A program made the position numbers and the translations under genes. Source: an uncultured Gammaproteobacteria bacterium (GTDB lineage Bacteria > Patescibacteriota > Microgenomatia > Levybacterales > UBA12049). Taken from it: DNA of 37,987 bases. Below the pieces are notes generated by a model. The model had not been told where the DNA came from, searched no databases, and worked only from the letters and a program-made list of their open reading frames with translations. The stretch is from the NCBI GenBank assembly GCA_964389405.1, contig CAYMDS010000002.1, forward strand, positions 1-37,987, given 5' to 3'. Within the stretch, counting starts at the first letter, position 1. Each line of letters starts with the position of its first letter. This document shows, one piece after another, positions 28,954-36,708 of the stretch.

Positions 28954-30165
28954 TTAGTTTGGAGATTTACTCCATAGCTTAATATATAAGCTAGATAAGT
29001 TATCCCAAGTCTGATTTTTGATCCAAATATCTAACTCTCTATTTGAATTGATATAAAAATCAGGGTTATCTTTCATATGAATAATTTTATTGATCAGATC
29101 ATATTTATTGTTAAATATATTTATCCATTTGGCAAAAGAAGTCATTTCTAAATAATCTTCCTTCAAAGGATTATCATAAACAGCCATCACATTTTTTTTA
29201 AATATTAATGCTTGAAGAATAGAAAGATAAGAAGAAGCAAACACAATATCTGATTTTTTTATATACGTTTCTACTTGTTCGACAAATCCATGGACCTTTC
29301 CATATCCTTCTGCTTCTCGCCTCAAAAAACCATCACCACATACTTCAAATTCAAACTTAATTTGTTTATCTTTCAGCAATTCTAATGCAGACAAATACAC
29401 TAATACACCTGTATCTTTTTCGAGCCTCCCAATAAATAATATTTTTAATTTTTTATTTGTATTTTTTCGGCCAGAGGCTGATCCGCCTTTGGAGGAGATC
29501 TTTGAATTTTGAATTTTTATAACCGACTCTACTGCTCCATAAGTTACAAAGTCTGGCTTTGTATGGTACCATTTCTCGATGAATGCGCCTACACATATAT
29601 TTCCCCATGAAAGTTTTTCAGATATTTTACGGATTACAATATTTTTAAAAGGTACAGGGTATGATTCATATCCATGGAAGGTTGTATATACCGGCTTATT
29701 AAAATATATAAAGCGAAAAGGTAGGTACCAGTAAAAGACATCATGACAGTGCACTGTCTTTGCTGATTGAATAATTTTTTTATTCTTTAAAAACCAGAGC
29801 CATATTAATATTTTTTTAAAACGTCCTTTTTTAAATTTGGGAATTCTGTAAACTATGATTTTTTTACGAAATCCGGTTTCTACCTCAACGCTTTCTTTTC
29901 TTAAATCATTTAGATTTTCAGTCTTTTTTATATATTTAGTTTTTGCTGATAAATCATTCCAATCTTTAATAATTACCATTTTATCACTCATGTACCTAGA
30001 TTGCCGATTAGATTCAAACCGCTCATCTATAGCTTCGGTAATTACTACTATCCTCTTACCCCTCTTTATCAATTCACGACTTACCCGAAGTACATGCTCC
30101 TCCACTCCACCTATCTGAGGATAAAACCTAGGCGTTAAAAATAATACGTATCCTTTTTCCCTCAT
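28954..30165 (-). CDS. GT-B fold glycosyltransferase (GT4/GT1-like) with inserts
   Basis: The N-terminus is FLTPRFYPQIGGVEEHV and a C-terminal Rossmann half follows (ILFIGRLEKDTGV...). A low-complexity linker, KIQNSKISSKGGSASGRKNTNKK, lies between the two halves. Confidence 0.7.
   Translation of the reverse strand: MREKGYVLFLTPRFYPQIGGVEEHVLRVSRELIKRGKRIVVITEAIDERFESNRQSRYMSDKMVIIKDWNDLSAKTKYIKKTENLNDLRKESVEVETGFRKKIIVYRIPKFKKGRFKKILIWLWFLKNKKIIQSAKTVHCHDVFYWYLPFRFIYFNKPVYTTFHGYESYPVPFKNIVIRKISEKLSWGNICVGAFIEKWYHTKPDFVTYGAVESVIKIQNSKISSKGGSASGRKNTNKKLKILFIGRLEKDTGVLVYLSALELLKDKQIKFEFEVCGDGFLRREAEGYGKVHGFVEQVETYIKKSDIVFASSYLSILQALIFKKNVMAVYDNPLKEDYLEMTSFAKWINIFNNKYDLINKIIHMKDNPDFYINSNRELDIWIKNQTWDNLSSLYIKLWSKSPN
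29471..29492. repeat. GC-rich hairpin embedded in the GT4 coding sequence
   Basis: CCAGAGGC (29471-29478), loop TGATCC, then GCCTTTGG (29485-29492). This gives 8 pairs, one of them non-Watson-Crick. It is flanked by the tandem heptamer TTTGAAT x2 (29501-29514). Confidence 0.6.
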
Positions 30166-30890
30166 GGCTTTGTGGCAACGACTAGAATATCTGATTCACC
30201 AAATAATGCTAAAGAAAAGTTATCAATTATCTCTACAAATAAAGAAATAGGGTATTTAATAAATCGGACTAATTTGCCTAAATAATTATTAATAAATAAA
30301 AAATTTCTAATCATGCCTTCAGTTTTTTTAGTAGAAATAACCTTAAAGCCTCTTTCTTTGAATAAACTTACAAGTTGATCTGAATCATAACGACGCAAAT
30401 GGCCTACTTTTATATCAAACGTCTTAGTAAATCCAAGCCTATGCAAAGGCGCGTTTATAGAAGGAGTTGACAGCAAAAGAATACCTTTAGGTTTAAGTAA
30501 GTTATAGATACTTACTAAAGCCAGCTTATCATCTATTAAGTGTTCGATTACTTCAAAGCATAAAATCACGTCATATTTTTCCGTAGGTAATTGATTAGGA
30601 AAATCCATTTTTTTGAATTTTACATTCTTCAAAGCTAATCTTTTTGCGCTATCTTTAGACGCTTGAATTGCACTTTGGGAAATATCTATTCCTAAAACCT
30701 GATTACCCTTACTTGCTAAAAATAATGAAATAGTACCCGCTCCGCAACCGATATCTAAAATGTTTTTATTTTGTCCAACGTAATTTTTAATAAGTTTCAG
30801 AAGTATTTTATATGTAAAATTACGCTCGTTTATAATACTTCTGTGTGGTCGAGTATCTTTATGAAAAACTTCATATACATTGCTGCTCAT
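30162..30890 (-). CDS. Class I SAM-dependent methyltransferase
   Basis: Motif I is ILDIGCGAGTISLFLA and post-I is VLGIDIS, with DVILCFEVIEHL also present. It is the first gene of the minus-strand glycan operon. Confidence 0.85.
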   Translation of the reverse strand: MSSNVYEVFHKDTRPHRSIINERNFTYKILLKLIKNYVGQNKNILDIGCGAGTISLFLASKGNQVLGIDISQSAIQASKDSAKRLALKNVKFKKMDFPNQLPTEKYDVILCFEVIEHLIDDKLALVSIYNLLKPKGILLLSTPSINAPLHRLGFTKTFDIKVGHLRRYDSDQLVSLFKERGFKVISTKKTEGMIRNFLFINNYLGKLVRFIKYPISLFVEIIDNFSLALFGESDILVVATKP

Positions 30891-30901
30891 AATAATTTAC
30901 T

Positions 30902-30930
30902 ATATTAGATATAATTTGATCTCTTGACAA
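30902..30930 (-). promoter_or_regulatory. Sigma70-like promoter for the minus-strand glycan operon
   Basis: On the minus strand: TTGTCA (reverse complement of 30925-30930), a 17-nt spacer and TAATAT (reverse complement of 30902-30907). It lies about 12 nt upstream of the ATG at 30890. Confidence 0.5.
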
Positions 30931-30954
30931 CGTGATAATCAGTATTCATATACT
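30924..30954 (+). promoter_or_regulatory. Sigma70-like promoter for the Kelch/C39 gene
   Basis: TTGACA at 30924-30929, with either CATATA after a 17-nt spacer or TATACT (30949-30954) after 19 nt. Its -35 overlaps the -35 of the divergent promoter. Confidence 0.4.
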
Positions 30955-30965
30955 AGAGCTAGAAT

Positions 30966-33119
30966 ATGCTACCAAAAGTTCTTAAGAACAAAGCATTATT
31001 ACTTACTCTCCTTCTTTTACAGCTTCTAATATATCTTACACCACCTAAACTTTTTGCAACATCAACCTGGCAGATTACTACCAAACTTCCTTACCAGCTG
31101 GCGAGTCATACTGTTATTACTAATGAAAATAAAATAATTGTAATAAATGGTTCAGCAAACTTTATGTCAAGTAAACATTCTGTATTATCTAATAACTTAA
31201 ATCAAAATGGAAGCCTCAGTGACTGGCTAGATGAAGCTAAAGATACGCCAGAGGCACTAATATGGCACATAACTACAACAAATGGATCGTTAGCGTATAT
31301 TTTGGGCGGGAAAGAAGAAAACATTGGCTCTGCAATGTCTCATGTAAATACAGTATACGTCTCAAAAATAAATAATGGTCAAATTGATTCCTGGACAACT
31401 ACTACTAAATTACCTCAAAGCCTCTCTTTGGGAAATGCTTTTATACGCAGTAACAAAATATTCTATCTAGGAGGAATGCGTGAAGCTGGGGGGAATATCT
31501 ATAATCAAAAAATTTATGCTTCAAGTATAAATTCTGCTGATGGCAGCATTGGCGTGTGGACGGACGCCGGTAACCTACCTGCACCCTTAAGCGGATTTGG
31601 GTTATTCCTGAACGGAAACCACCTCATAATAGTAGGAGGAGAAAATTCCAGCGGAAAATCCGATAAAGTCTATACTGCGACTATTCAACCAGATGGCACC
31701 ATAGGATCTTGGCAGGAAACATCAAGTCTTCCTAGTGCATTATCAAGGGCTCAATTTACCCAACACAATTCCACCATCTTCTCAATCGGTGGAGTAAAAA
31801 ACGATGGATCAACATCAGATGATGTCTACTATACCCAAATAAAATCAGATGGGACTATTGAGCCCTGGAAAACCAGTATAAATAAAATCCCCCAGCCCAC
31901 CTGCTGCGGAAGCGCACTCTTATCAAATAATTATATATATCTTATAGGAGGACATAATACTGGCACGGGTGAATACTATGATGAGGTTTTCTTCACCAAA
32001 CCTGAAGAAATAACAGATAATGGTGGCTCTCAGACACTGCCTGTACCTTATTTTAGTCAGAATACTTTCCCATGGGGAGATAAAGAGTATGATCATGCTA
32101 AATCATTAAGATTTACTGATACTACATTTGAGCGGTGGGGATGTGCAGTAACTTCTGCGGCCATGATTATGAGATATCATAATATTAACGTGCTACCAAA
32201 TGGTACACCGATCGATCCTGGGAGTTTAAATAACTGGTTGAAAAATAATAACGGATATCTTACCGGTAAAGACAAGGAGGGTAGTTATTCGTATTTAAGT
32301 TTCCCTGCTATCAGTACGCTTTCAAAAAAGATATTTGATGCAGATAAATCAAGATTTAAATTAGAATATTACAGAGAAAAGCCCACGACAAATAACCTTG
32401 ATACATTTCTTAATATTAATAAACATCCAGTCATTTTAAAGGTAAGCAATAATTCTACCAGTAGTCATTTCGTAGTCGCTAAAGGGAAAACTACTAGTAG
32501 TTATGAGATTAATGATCCAGAATGGAACTATCCTAGCCTAAATAACTTTAATAATACATTCACACAGATAGACCGATTTGTACCTGCCCATAGCAATCTA
32601 TCGTATATCGTTATCGTAGTCAACCCAAAAACACATCTTCTTATCACAAATCCCCAGGGTAAAAAAACAGGAAGTAGCATTGTAAATAGACAGATAATCA
32701 CTTTTGATGAGATTCCTAATGCCTCTTATTCGTACCAATCGCCAATAAACAATACTGATTCCCGTGGGCGAAACGCATCAATGGGAACAGGCGTAAATGA
32801 ATTTCTGCTTCCTAAGCCTGAAAACGGAAGATATTTAATCGAAGCTTCCAGTCTTGAAGACAGACGTTATGAAATGAATATTTCTACTTTTCAGGAGAAT
32901 GGAAATAATAAACTTGAAATTATCAAGGATATTACAAACAGTAGAGAAAATATTGCGTTGGACTTTAATCAAAATAAATCACCTAAAATTAGAAAAGTTA
33001 AAGTATGTAAAAAGCGCTATGATAAATCTACATCCAGTAAGAATAACAGCTATTCAGTAACAGACGGTCAGAATAGTAATCAAAATCATAATAATCACGA
33101 CGATCACTGCGAAGATTAA
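30966..33119 (+). CDS. Secreted Kelch-repeat beta-propeller fused to a C39-like (Peptidase_C39_2) cysteine peptidase domain, plus a C-terminal beta domain
   Basis: The order is:
- A signal peptide (ALLLTLLLLQLLIYL...ATS).
- About six Kelch-like blades (IVINGS, YILGGKE, IFYLGGMRE, LIIVGGENSSG, IFSIGGVKNDG, IYLIGGHNTG).
- PVPYFSQN...WGCAVTSAAMIMRYH, then SSHFVVAKG, then INDPEW (putative Cys/His/Asp).
- A Lys/His-rich tail. Confidence 0.65.
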   Translation: MLPKVLKNKALLLTLLLLQLLIYLTPPKLFATSTWQITTKLPYQLASHTVITNENKIIVINGSANFMSSKHSVLSNNLNQNGSLSDWLDEAKDTPEALIWHITTTNGSLAYILGGKEENIGSAMSHVNTVYVSKINNGQIDSWTTTTKLPQSLSLGNAFIRSNKIFYLGGMREAGGNIYNQKIYASSINSADGSIGVWTDAGNLPAPLSGFGLFLNGNHLIIVGGENSSGKSDKVYTATIQPDGTIGSWQETSSLPSALSRAQFTQHNSTIFSIGGVKNDGSTSDDVYYTQIKSDGTIEPWKTSINKIPQPTCCGSALLSNNYIYLIGGHNTGTGEYYDEVFFTKPEEITDNGGSQTLPVPYFSQNTFPWGDKEYDHAKSLRFTDTTFERWGCAVTSAAMIMRYHNINVLPNGTPIDPGSLNNWLKNNNGYLTGKDKEGSYSYLSFPAISTLSKKIFDADKSRFKLEYYREKPTTNNLDTFLNINKHPVILKVSNNSTSSHFVVAKGKTTSSYEINDPEWNYPSLNNFNNTFTQIDRFVPAHSNLSYIVIVVNPKTHLLITNPQGKKTGSSIVNRQIITFDEIPNASYSYQSPINNTDSRGRNASMGTGVNEFLLPKPENGRYLIEASSLEDRRYEMNISTFQENGNNKLEIIKDITNSRENIALDFNQNKSPKIRKVKVCKKRYDKSTSSKNNSYSVTDGQNSNQNHNNHDDHCED

Positions 33120-33153
33120 GTATATAGATTCTTATTAGATATGAACTGGTTCC

Positions 33154-33924
33154 CTATAATTTCTTCGTGGGGAGATCCGATAATGCACGAATAATTCGTT
33201 TACTGGTAGGAACTACTTTCTTGACTATACCATTACCATTGGCTGCCATTATTGATTCATGATGCTTTACGATGGTTTTGATATATCTGTATGGGTATTC
33301 AAGATATGGTTTAAATTTCTTCCATCTGCGGGGCGATGATGTTACGACGAGAGCATTGTCAAATTTAATCTCACCGTATTTTGCGATATGAAGCGCTAGA
33401 TCTATATCCTCATGCACCTCATTATCCCGCTTACAAGTTTCATCCTTAACTAAAAGCCATGCAGATCTTCGTATTGCCATATTCGGACCATACAAACACT
33501 GGTGGCCTGATATCTTCCGGAATGATTTAAAAAATACTACAGTAGGCCAGTCAGACACCTGGAACACATCCGGTATATTCGAGAAATAACTTGGACCTGA
33601 TAATGCCATAAGGCTTTTATCTTTAAAATGCATTTTAATTTTTTTTATCCAATCTTCTGGCACTTCAGTATCGGCATCAGTTCTGGCTATCACAGAGTAT
33701 TTAGCTGTATTAAATCCTTTATCGCGTGCCTGAATCATTCCTTGCTGATCTTCTTTAATTATCCTTACCTGATATTTACGGGCGATTTGTATGGTATTAT
33801 CTGTGCAGTTGTTGTCTACTACTATCACCTCATCCGGTTTCTCAATCTGTTTAAAAATATGCTCAAGGCAATTTTGTATATACTTTTCTTCATTATAAAC
33901 TGGAATCACCACAGATACCTTCAT
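33154..33924 (-). CDS. Family 2 glycosyltransferase
   Basis: It has VSVVIPVYNEEKYI...VIVVDNNCTDNT, RTDADT (DxD) and HEDIDL. Confidence 0.88.
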   Translation of the reverse strand: MKVSVVIPVYNEEKYIQNCLEHIFKQIEKPDEVIVVDNNCTDNTIQIARKYQVRIIKEDQQGMIQARDKGFNTAKYSVIARTDADTEVPEDWIKKIKMHFKDKSLMALSGPSYFSNIPDVFQVSDWPTVVFFKSFRKISGHQCLYGPNMAIRRSAWLLVKDETCKRDNEVHEDIDLALHIAKYGEIKFDNALVVTSSPRRWKKFKPYLEYPYRYIKTIVKHHESIMAANGNGIVKKVVPTSKRIIRALSDLPTKKL

Positions 33925-33949
33925 ATTGTTTTAGAAGCAATTAACGTAT

Positions 33950-33979
33950 ATTATAAAAGGTATAAAGCAGTTTTTGCAA
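33950..33979 (-). promoter_or_regulatory. Sigma70-like promoter for the GT2 gene 33154..33924
   Basis: On the minus strand: TTGCAA (33974-33979, itself palindromic), an 18-nt spacer and TATAAT (reverse complement of 33950-33955). Confidence 0.45.
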
Positions 33980-34017
33980 TAAATTATGCATTTGCGCGCT
34001 TTAATGCAAAAAAGAAT

Positions 34018-34776
34018 ATGTATCAAAACACTATAGTCTTGACGGTCATCATTCCTACTCTCAATGAAGGTCTATTTTTACCCAGACTTCTTAAAGATTT
34101 AGCAGAACAAAAAGAAAAAAATTTTGAGGTTATAATAGTTGATGGTTCATCTACCGATAAAACAGTGGAGTTAGCTAAAACCTTTAGCAAGTATTTTCCT
34201 CTTCATATTTATGAAACCAAAAACCGTAACGTTTCACACCAACGCAATCTGGGTGTAGAAAAAGCTAAAACTTCATTTATGTGCTTCATAGATGCAGACG
34301 CCCGCATCACACCTAATTTTACATATAAACTATCAACACATATAAATTCAAAATCTCTTATAATTCCTAAACTAAAAAGTGAGAATAATGATTTTCTTTC
34401 TCGCGTTCTAATAGGAATTTCCAATTTATTTATATATTTATTTAAAATTATTAATAAACCTATTTCCGCAGGAGGCAGTATTTTTATAAATAAAGACCTA
34501 TTTTTAAAACTCAAAGGATTTAATGAAAAACTCTTCATTAGCGAAGATCATGATTTAATCAAAAGAGCAAATAAGAATGGAGTATCACCATCTATACTAA
34601 CAGATGTTTATCTAACTTTCTCTATGAGGAGATTAGAGCGGGAAGGATTTTTCGTATTTATTGGAAAATTTTTATATTCTTATTTATATCAATTTCTAAA
34701 AGGAAGTATTAAGCGTAAAATCTATTCATATGAAATGGGTGGAGAATATTATTATAAAACTAAAAACTCAAAGTAG
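34018..34776 (+). CDS. Family 2 glycosyltransferase
   Basis: The domain begins at MYQNTIVLTVIIPTLNEG...VIIVDGSSTDKT, with FIDADA (DxD) and SEDHDL. The ORF-track start at 33628 would overlap the divergent GT2 gene and adds no domain, so ATG 34018 is preferred. Confidence 0.8.
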   Translation: MYQNTIVLTVIIPTLNEGLFLPRLLKDLAEQKEKNFEVIIVDGSSTDKTVELAKTFSKYFPLHIYETKNRNVSHQRNLGVEKAKTSFMCFIDADARITPNFTYKLSTHINSKSLIIPKLKSENNDFLSRVLIGISNLFIYLFKIINKPISAGGSIFINKDLFLKLKGFNEKLFISEDHDLIKRANKNGVSPSILTDVYLTFSMRRLEREGFFVFIGKFLYSYLYQFLKGSIKRKIYSYEMGGEYYYKTKNSK

Positions 34777-35766
34777 ATTCTTATACATACTTAATAATTT
34801 AGTTCCTACGTTATTTGCTGAAAAATTCTCAGCCAACTCTACACTTTTTTTTGCCATAGTGTCATAAAATTTTTTATCTTCATAAAAAGATTTTATTTGA
34901 CGGACGAATCCTTCATTAGTATCTGACGATATATAGCTATCTTTAAACGAATCATTATATCCGGGAAGATTGCGTACAATTACTGGCAAACCGCATGCTG
35001 CTGCCTCTATGATTACCATAGGAACTATATCTTGCTTTGAAGGCATAAAAAATACATCTGCCAAATTGTAATACATTGGCATTTTATTGTACGGCATATT
35101 ATCAGTTAATATGAGATTCTCAGGCTTTTTCTTAAGAAGTTCTTTAATCTCTTTCGTCTCTTCGCTAAGTCCCTTTATGATTAAACCCCCAACCCAAATA
35201 AATTTGTACTCCGGCAGTGCTTTCGCTACTTTTATAAAATCCTCCACCCCTTTTCGTGGAGTAAATTGCCCAGAACCTAATATAACGAAATCAGTATCTT
35301 TCAAGCCATATTCCTGCCTGCCTTGAACTCGTAGTGTCTTATCCTTCCTGAACTTATGGGTATCCAAGACATTAGATAAAATAACAATTTTAGTTTTTAC
35401 GCCCATTTCTTCTAATTTTTTTTTAACGTATGGATTCAAAGCAATAACTACATCTGCTTTATTATAAAAAAAGCGAAGGTACGCTCTTGATAAATTAGAA
35501 TAATACTTCCCACCTTTATAGCTTCCAATCAGAGTTTCCGGCAAGACATGCGCAGAAACGACAGAACGCTTTGCTTTAATCATCTGAAACAGAGCATATG
35601 GGCCATAACTGTGAATATGCGTAATATCCGAATCACGAGAGGAACCATTTATCAACACATTTATTCCGAAATTCCGTAGTATTTCTACATGATTTATAAA
35701 GGCTGAATACATACCGCCCCATACAGTTTTAAAATTTGCCACCTCAGATACGACATTTATTATCAT
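34768..35766 (-). CDS. GT-B fold glycosyltransferase (GT4/GT1 family)
   Basis: It has a C-terminal Glycos_transf_1 pattern (FIWVGG...ADVFFMPSKQDIVPMVIIEAAACGLPVIV). Confidence 0.85.
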   Translation of the reverse strand: MIINVVSEVANFKTVWGGMYSAFINHVEILRNFGINVLINGSSRDSDITHIHSYGPYALFQMIKAKRSVVSAHVLPETLIGSYKGGKYYSNLSRAYLRFFYNKADVVIALNPYVKKKLEEMGVKTKIVILSNVLDTHKFRKDKTLRVQGRQEYGLKDTDFVILGSGQFTPRKGVEDFIKVAKALPEYKFIWVGGLIIKGLSEETKEIKELLKKKPENLILTDNMPYNKMPMYYNLADVFFMPSKQDIVPMVIIEAAACGLPVIVRNLPGYNDSFKDSYISSDTNEGFVRQIKSFYEDKKFYDTMAKKSVELAENFSANNVGTKLLSMYKNLL

Positions 35767-35820
35767 AATAATTTTTTACATTTTAATTTTAGCAAACACC
35801 TTGTAAAAATGCGAAGATAT

Positions 35821-35959
35821 TAGAGGATGGGGGTGAATACTCATCTTTTTAACGATTCAATCCCTGGATCTTTCGAATCTACTCGCCGTTTGTGCTCGCA
35901 TCTGAGCTCTAACCTCGCCTAGAGGGAGGTCAGCCTTTGGTTGAAGCTGAGATTATTTG
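35821..35959. ncRNA. GC-rich, hairpin-dense intergenic segment; candidate structured RNA of unknown class
   Basis: My hand count gives 44 G+C out of 80 nt for 35861-35940, in an otherwise AT-rich spacer. Several 4-7 bp hairpins can be drawn on either strand. It holds no ORF and lies between tRNA-Val and the GT4 gene start. Confidence 0.25.
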
Positions 35960-36031
35960 TGGGTCCGAGAGGACTTGAACCTCTGACTTCTTCAATGTGA
36001 ATGAAGCGCTCTACCACTGAGCTACGAACCC
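35960..36031 (-). tRNA. tRNA-Val (anticodon CAC)
   Basis: The reverse complement folds by hand into a cloverleaf: acceptor GGGTTCG/CGGACCC (one G-U pair), D stem GCTC/GAGC, anticodon stem CTTCA/TGAAG with loop TTCACAT, and T arm AGAGG-TTCAAGT-CCTCT. The discriminator is A and no CCA is encoded. Confidence 0.92.
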
Positions 36032-36062
36032 ATTTCTTTAACGTATGACGATCATCCTTTCG

Positions 36063-36091
36063 ATATTACCAAAATACCATCTCATTGACAA
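36063..36091 (-). promoter_or_regulatory. Sigma70-like promoter for tRNA-Val
   Basis: On the minus strand: TTGTCA (reverse complement of 36086-36091), a 17-nt spacer and TAATAT (reverse complement of 36063-36068). It lies about 30 nt upstream of the tRNA 5' end. Confidence 0.5.
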
Positions 36092-36115
36092 ATAAATCTG
36101 CTTAGAGAATAATAT
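36085..36115 (+). promoter_or_regulatory. Sigma70-like promoter for lepB
   Basis: TTGACA at 36085-36090, with either AATAAT (36108-36113) after a 17-nt spacer or TAATAT (36110-36115) after 19 nt. The -10 ends only 5-7 nt before the ATG at 36120. Confidence 0.4.
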
Positions 36116-36119
36116 CCCC

Positions 36120-36707
36120 ATGGATAACCTTATACAGACCCCGCAATCATTGAGTAAAAAAATCTGGTTATTTATATTAGATATCGCCCAAACATTCGTA
36201 GTAACCGGTATAGTCTTTTTTTTCATCACTTATTTTTTCTTTCGTCCGTTTCAAGTCAGCGGAAATTCTATGTACTCTAATTTTAAAGATAGAGAGTACA
36301 TTCTTACGAACTTAATTTCACTCCGTTTTTCAAATCCCATTCGAGGCGATGTAGTCGTTTTTAAATCACCTTCTGATTCAAAAAAAGATTTTATAAAAAG
36401 GATAATAGCAGTACCAGGTGATGAAATCCTGATCGATAATGGTGAAGTCTCCCTTAACGGCAGAATTCTTAAAGAAAGCTATCTTGATGAAGGTATGAAA
36501 ACTTTTGGCGGAGCATTCCTACAGGAAGGTATAAAAAAAACCGTACCAAATGGATATTTCTTCGTAATGGGAGACAACAGAAATGACAGCTCAGACTCTA
36601 GAACATGGGGATTTATTACACGAGAAAGTATCAAAGGCATTTCTTTCTTCGTTTATTGGCCGTTAAATGAGGTACAAATAATTAAAAATCCTTACGATGA
36701 AGAATAA
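36120..36707 (+). CDS. lepB: Signal peptidase I
   Basis: An N-terminal TM helix is followed by SGNSMYSNF (catalytic Ser box), GDVVVF, KRIIAVPGDEI (Lys box) and GDNRNDSSDSR. Confidence 0.92.
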   Translation: MDNLIQTPQSLSKKIWLFILDIAQTFVVTGIVFFFITYFFFRPFQVSGNSMYSNFKDREYILTNLISLRFSNPIRGDVVVFKSPSDSKKDFIKRIIAVPGDEILIDNGEVSLNGRILKESYLDEGMKTFGGAFLQEGIKKTVPNGYFFVMGDNRNDSSDSRTWGFITRESIKGISFFVYWPLNEVQIIKNPYDEE

Positions 36708-36708
36708 A

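Noticed and set aside
33628-34017. A 130-codon N-terminal extension of the plus-strand GT2 ORF, as given in the ORF track.
   Set aside because: The extension overlaps the divergent GT2 gene (33154..33924) on the opposite strand and has no domain content. The GT2 fold begins right at MYQNTIVLTVIIPTLNEG (ATG 34018).
35826-35850. A Rho-independent terminator-like hairpin plus T5 on the plus strand.
   Set aside because: No plus-strand gene ends anywhere near it; the nearest ends at 34776, across an antisense gene. I do not call it a terminator, but it is mentioned within the GC-rich segment finding.
35921-35955. Resemblance of AGGTCAGCCTTTGGTTGAAGCTGAG to the conserved SRP (4.5S) RNA domain IV motif AGGUCAGGUCCGGAAGGAAGCAGC.
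   Set aside because: The GNRA tetraloop and the symmetric/asymmetric loop residues are not preserved. The 3' half of any SRP-like long hairpin would also have to overlap the tRNA-Val gene on the opposite strand.
36038-36229. A 63-aa minus-strand ORF overlapping the lepB start and the promoter region.
   Set aside because: It overlaps the lepB N-terminus and the tRNA promoter and has no motif support. It is probably spurious.
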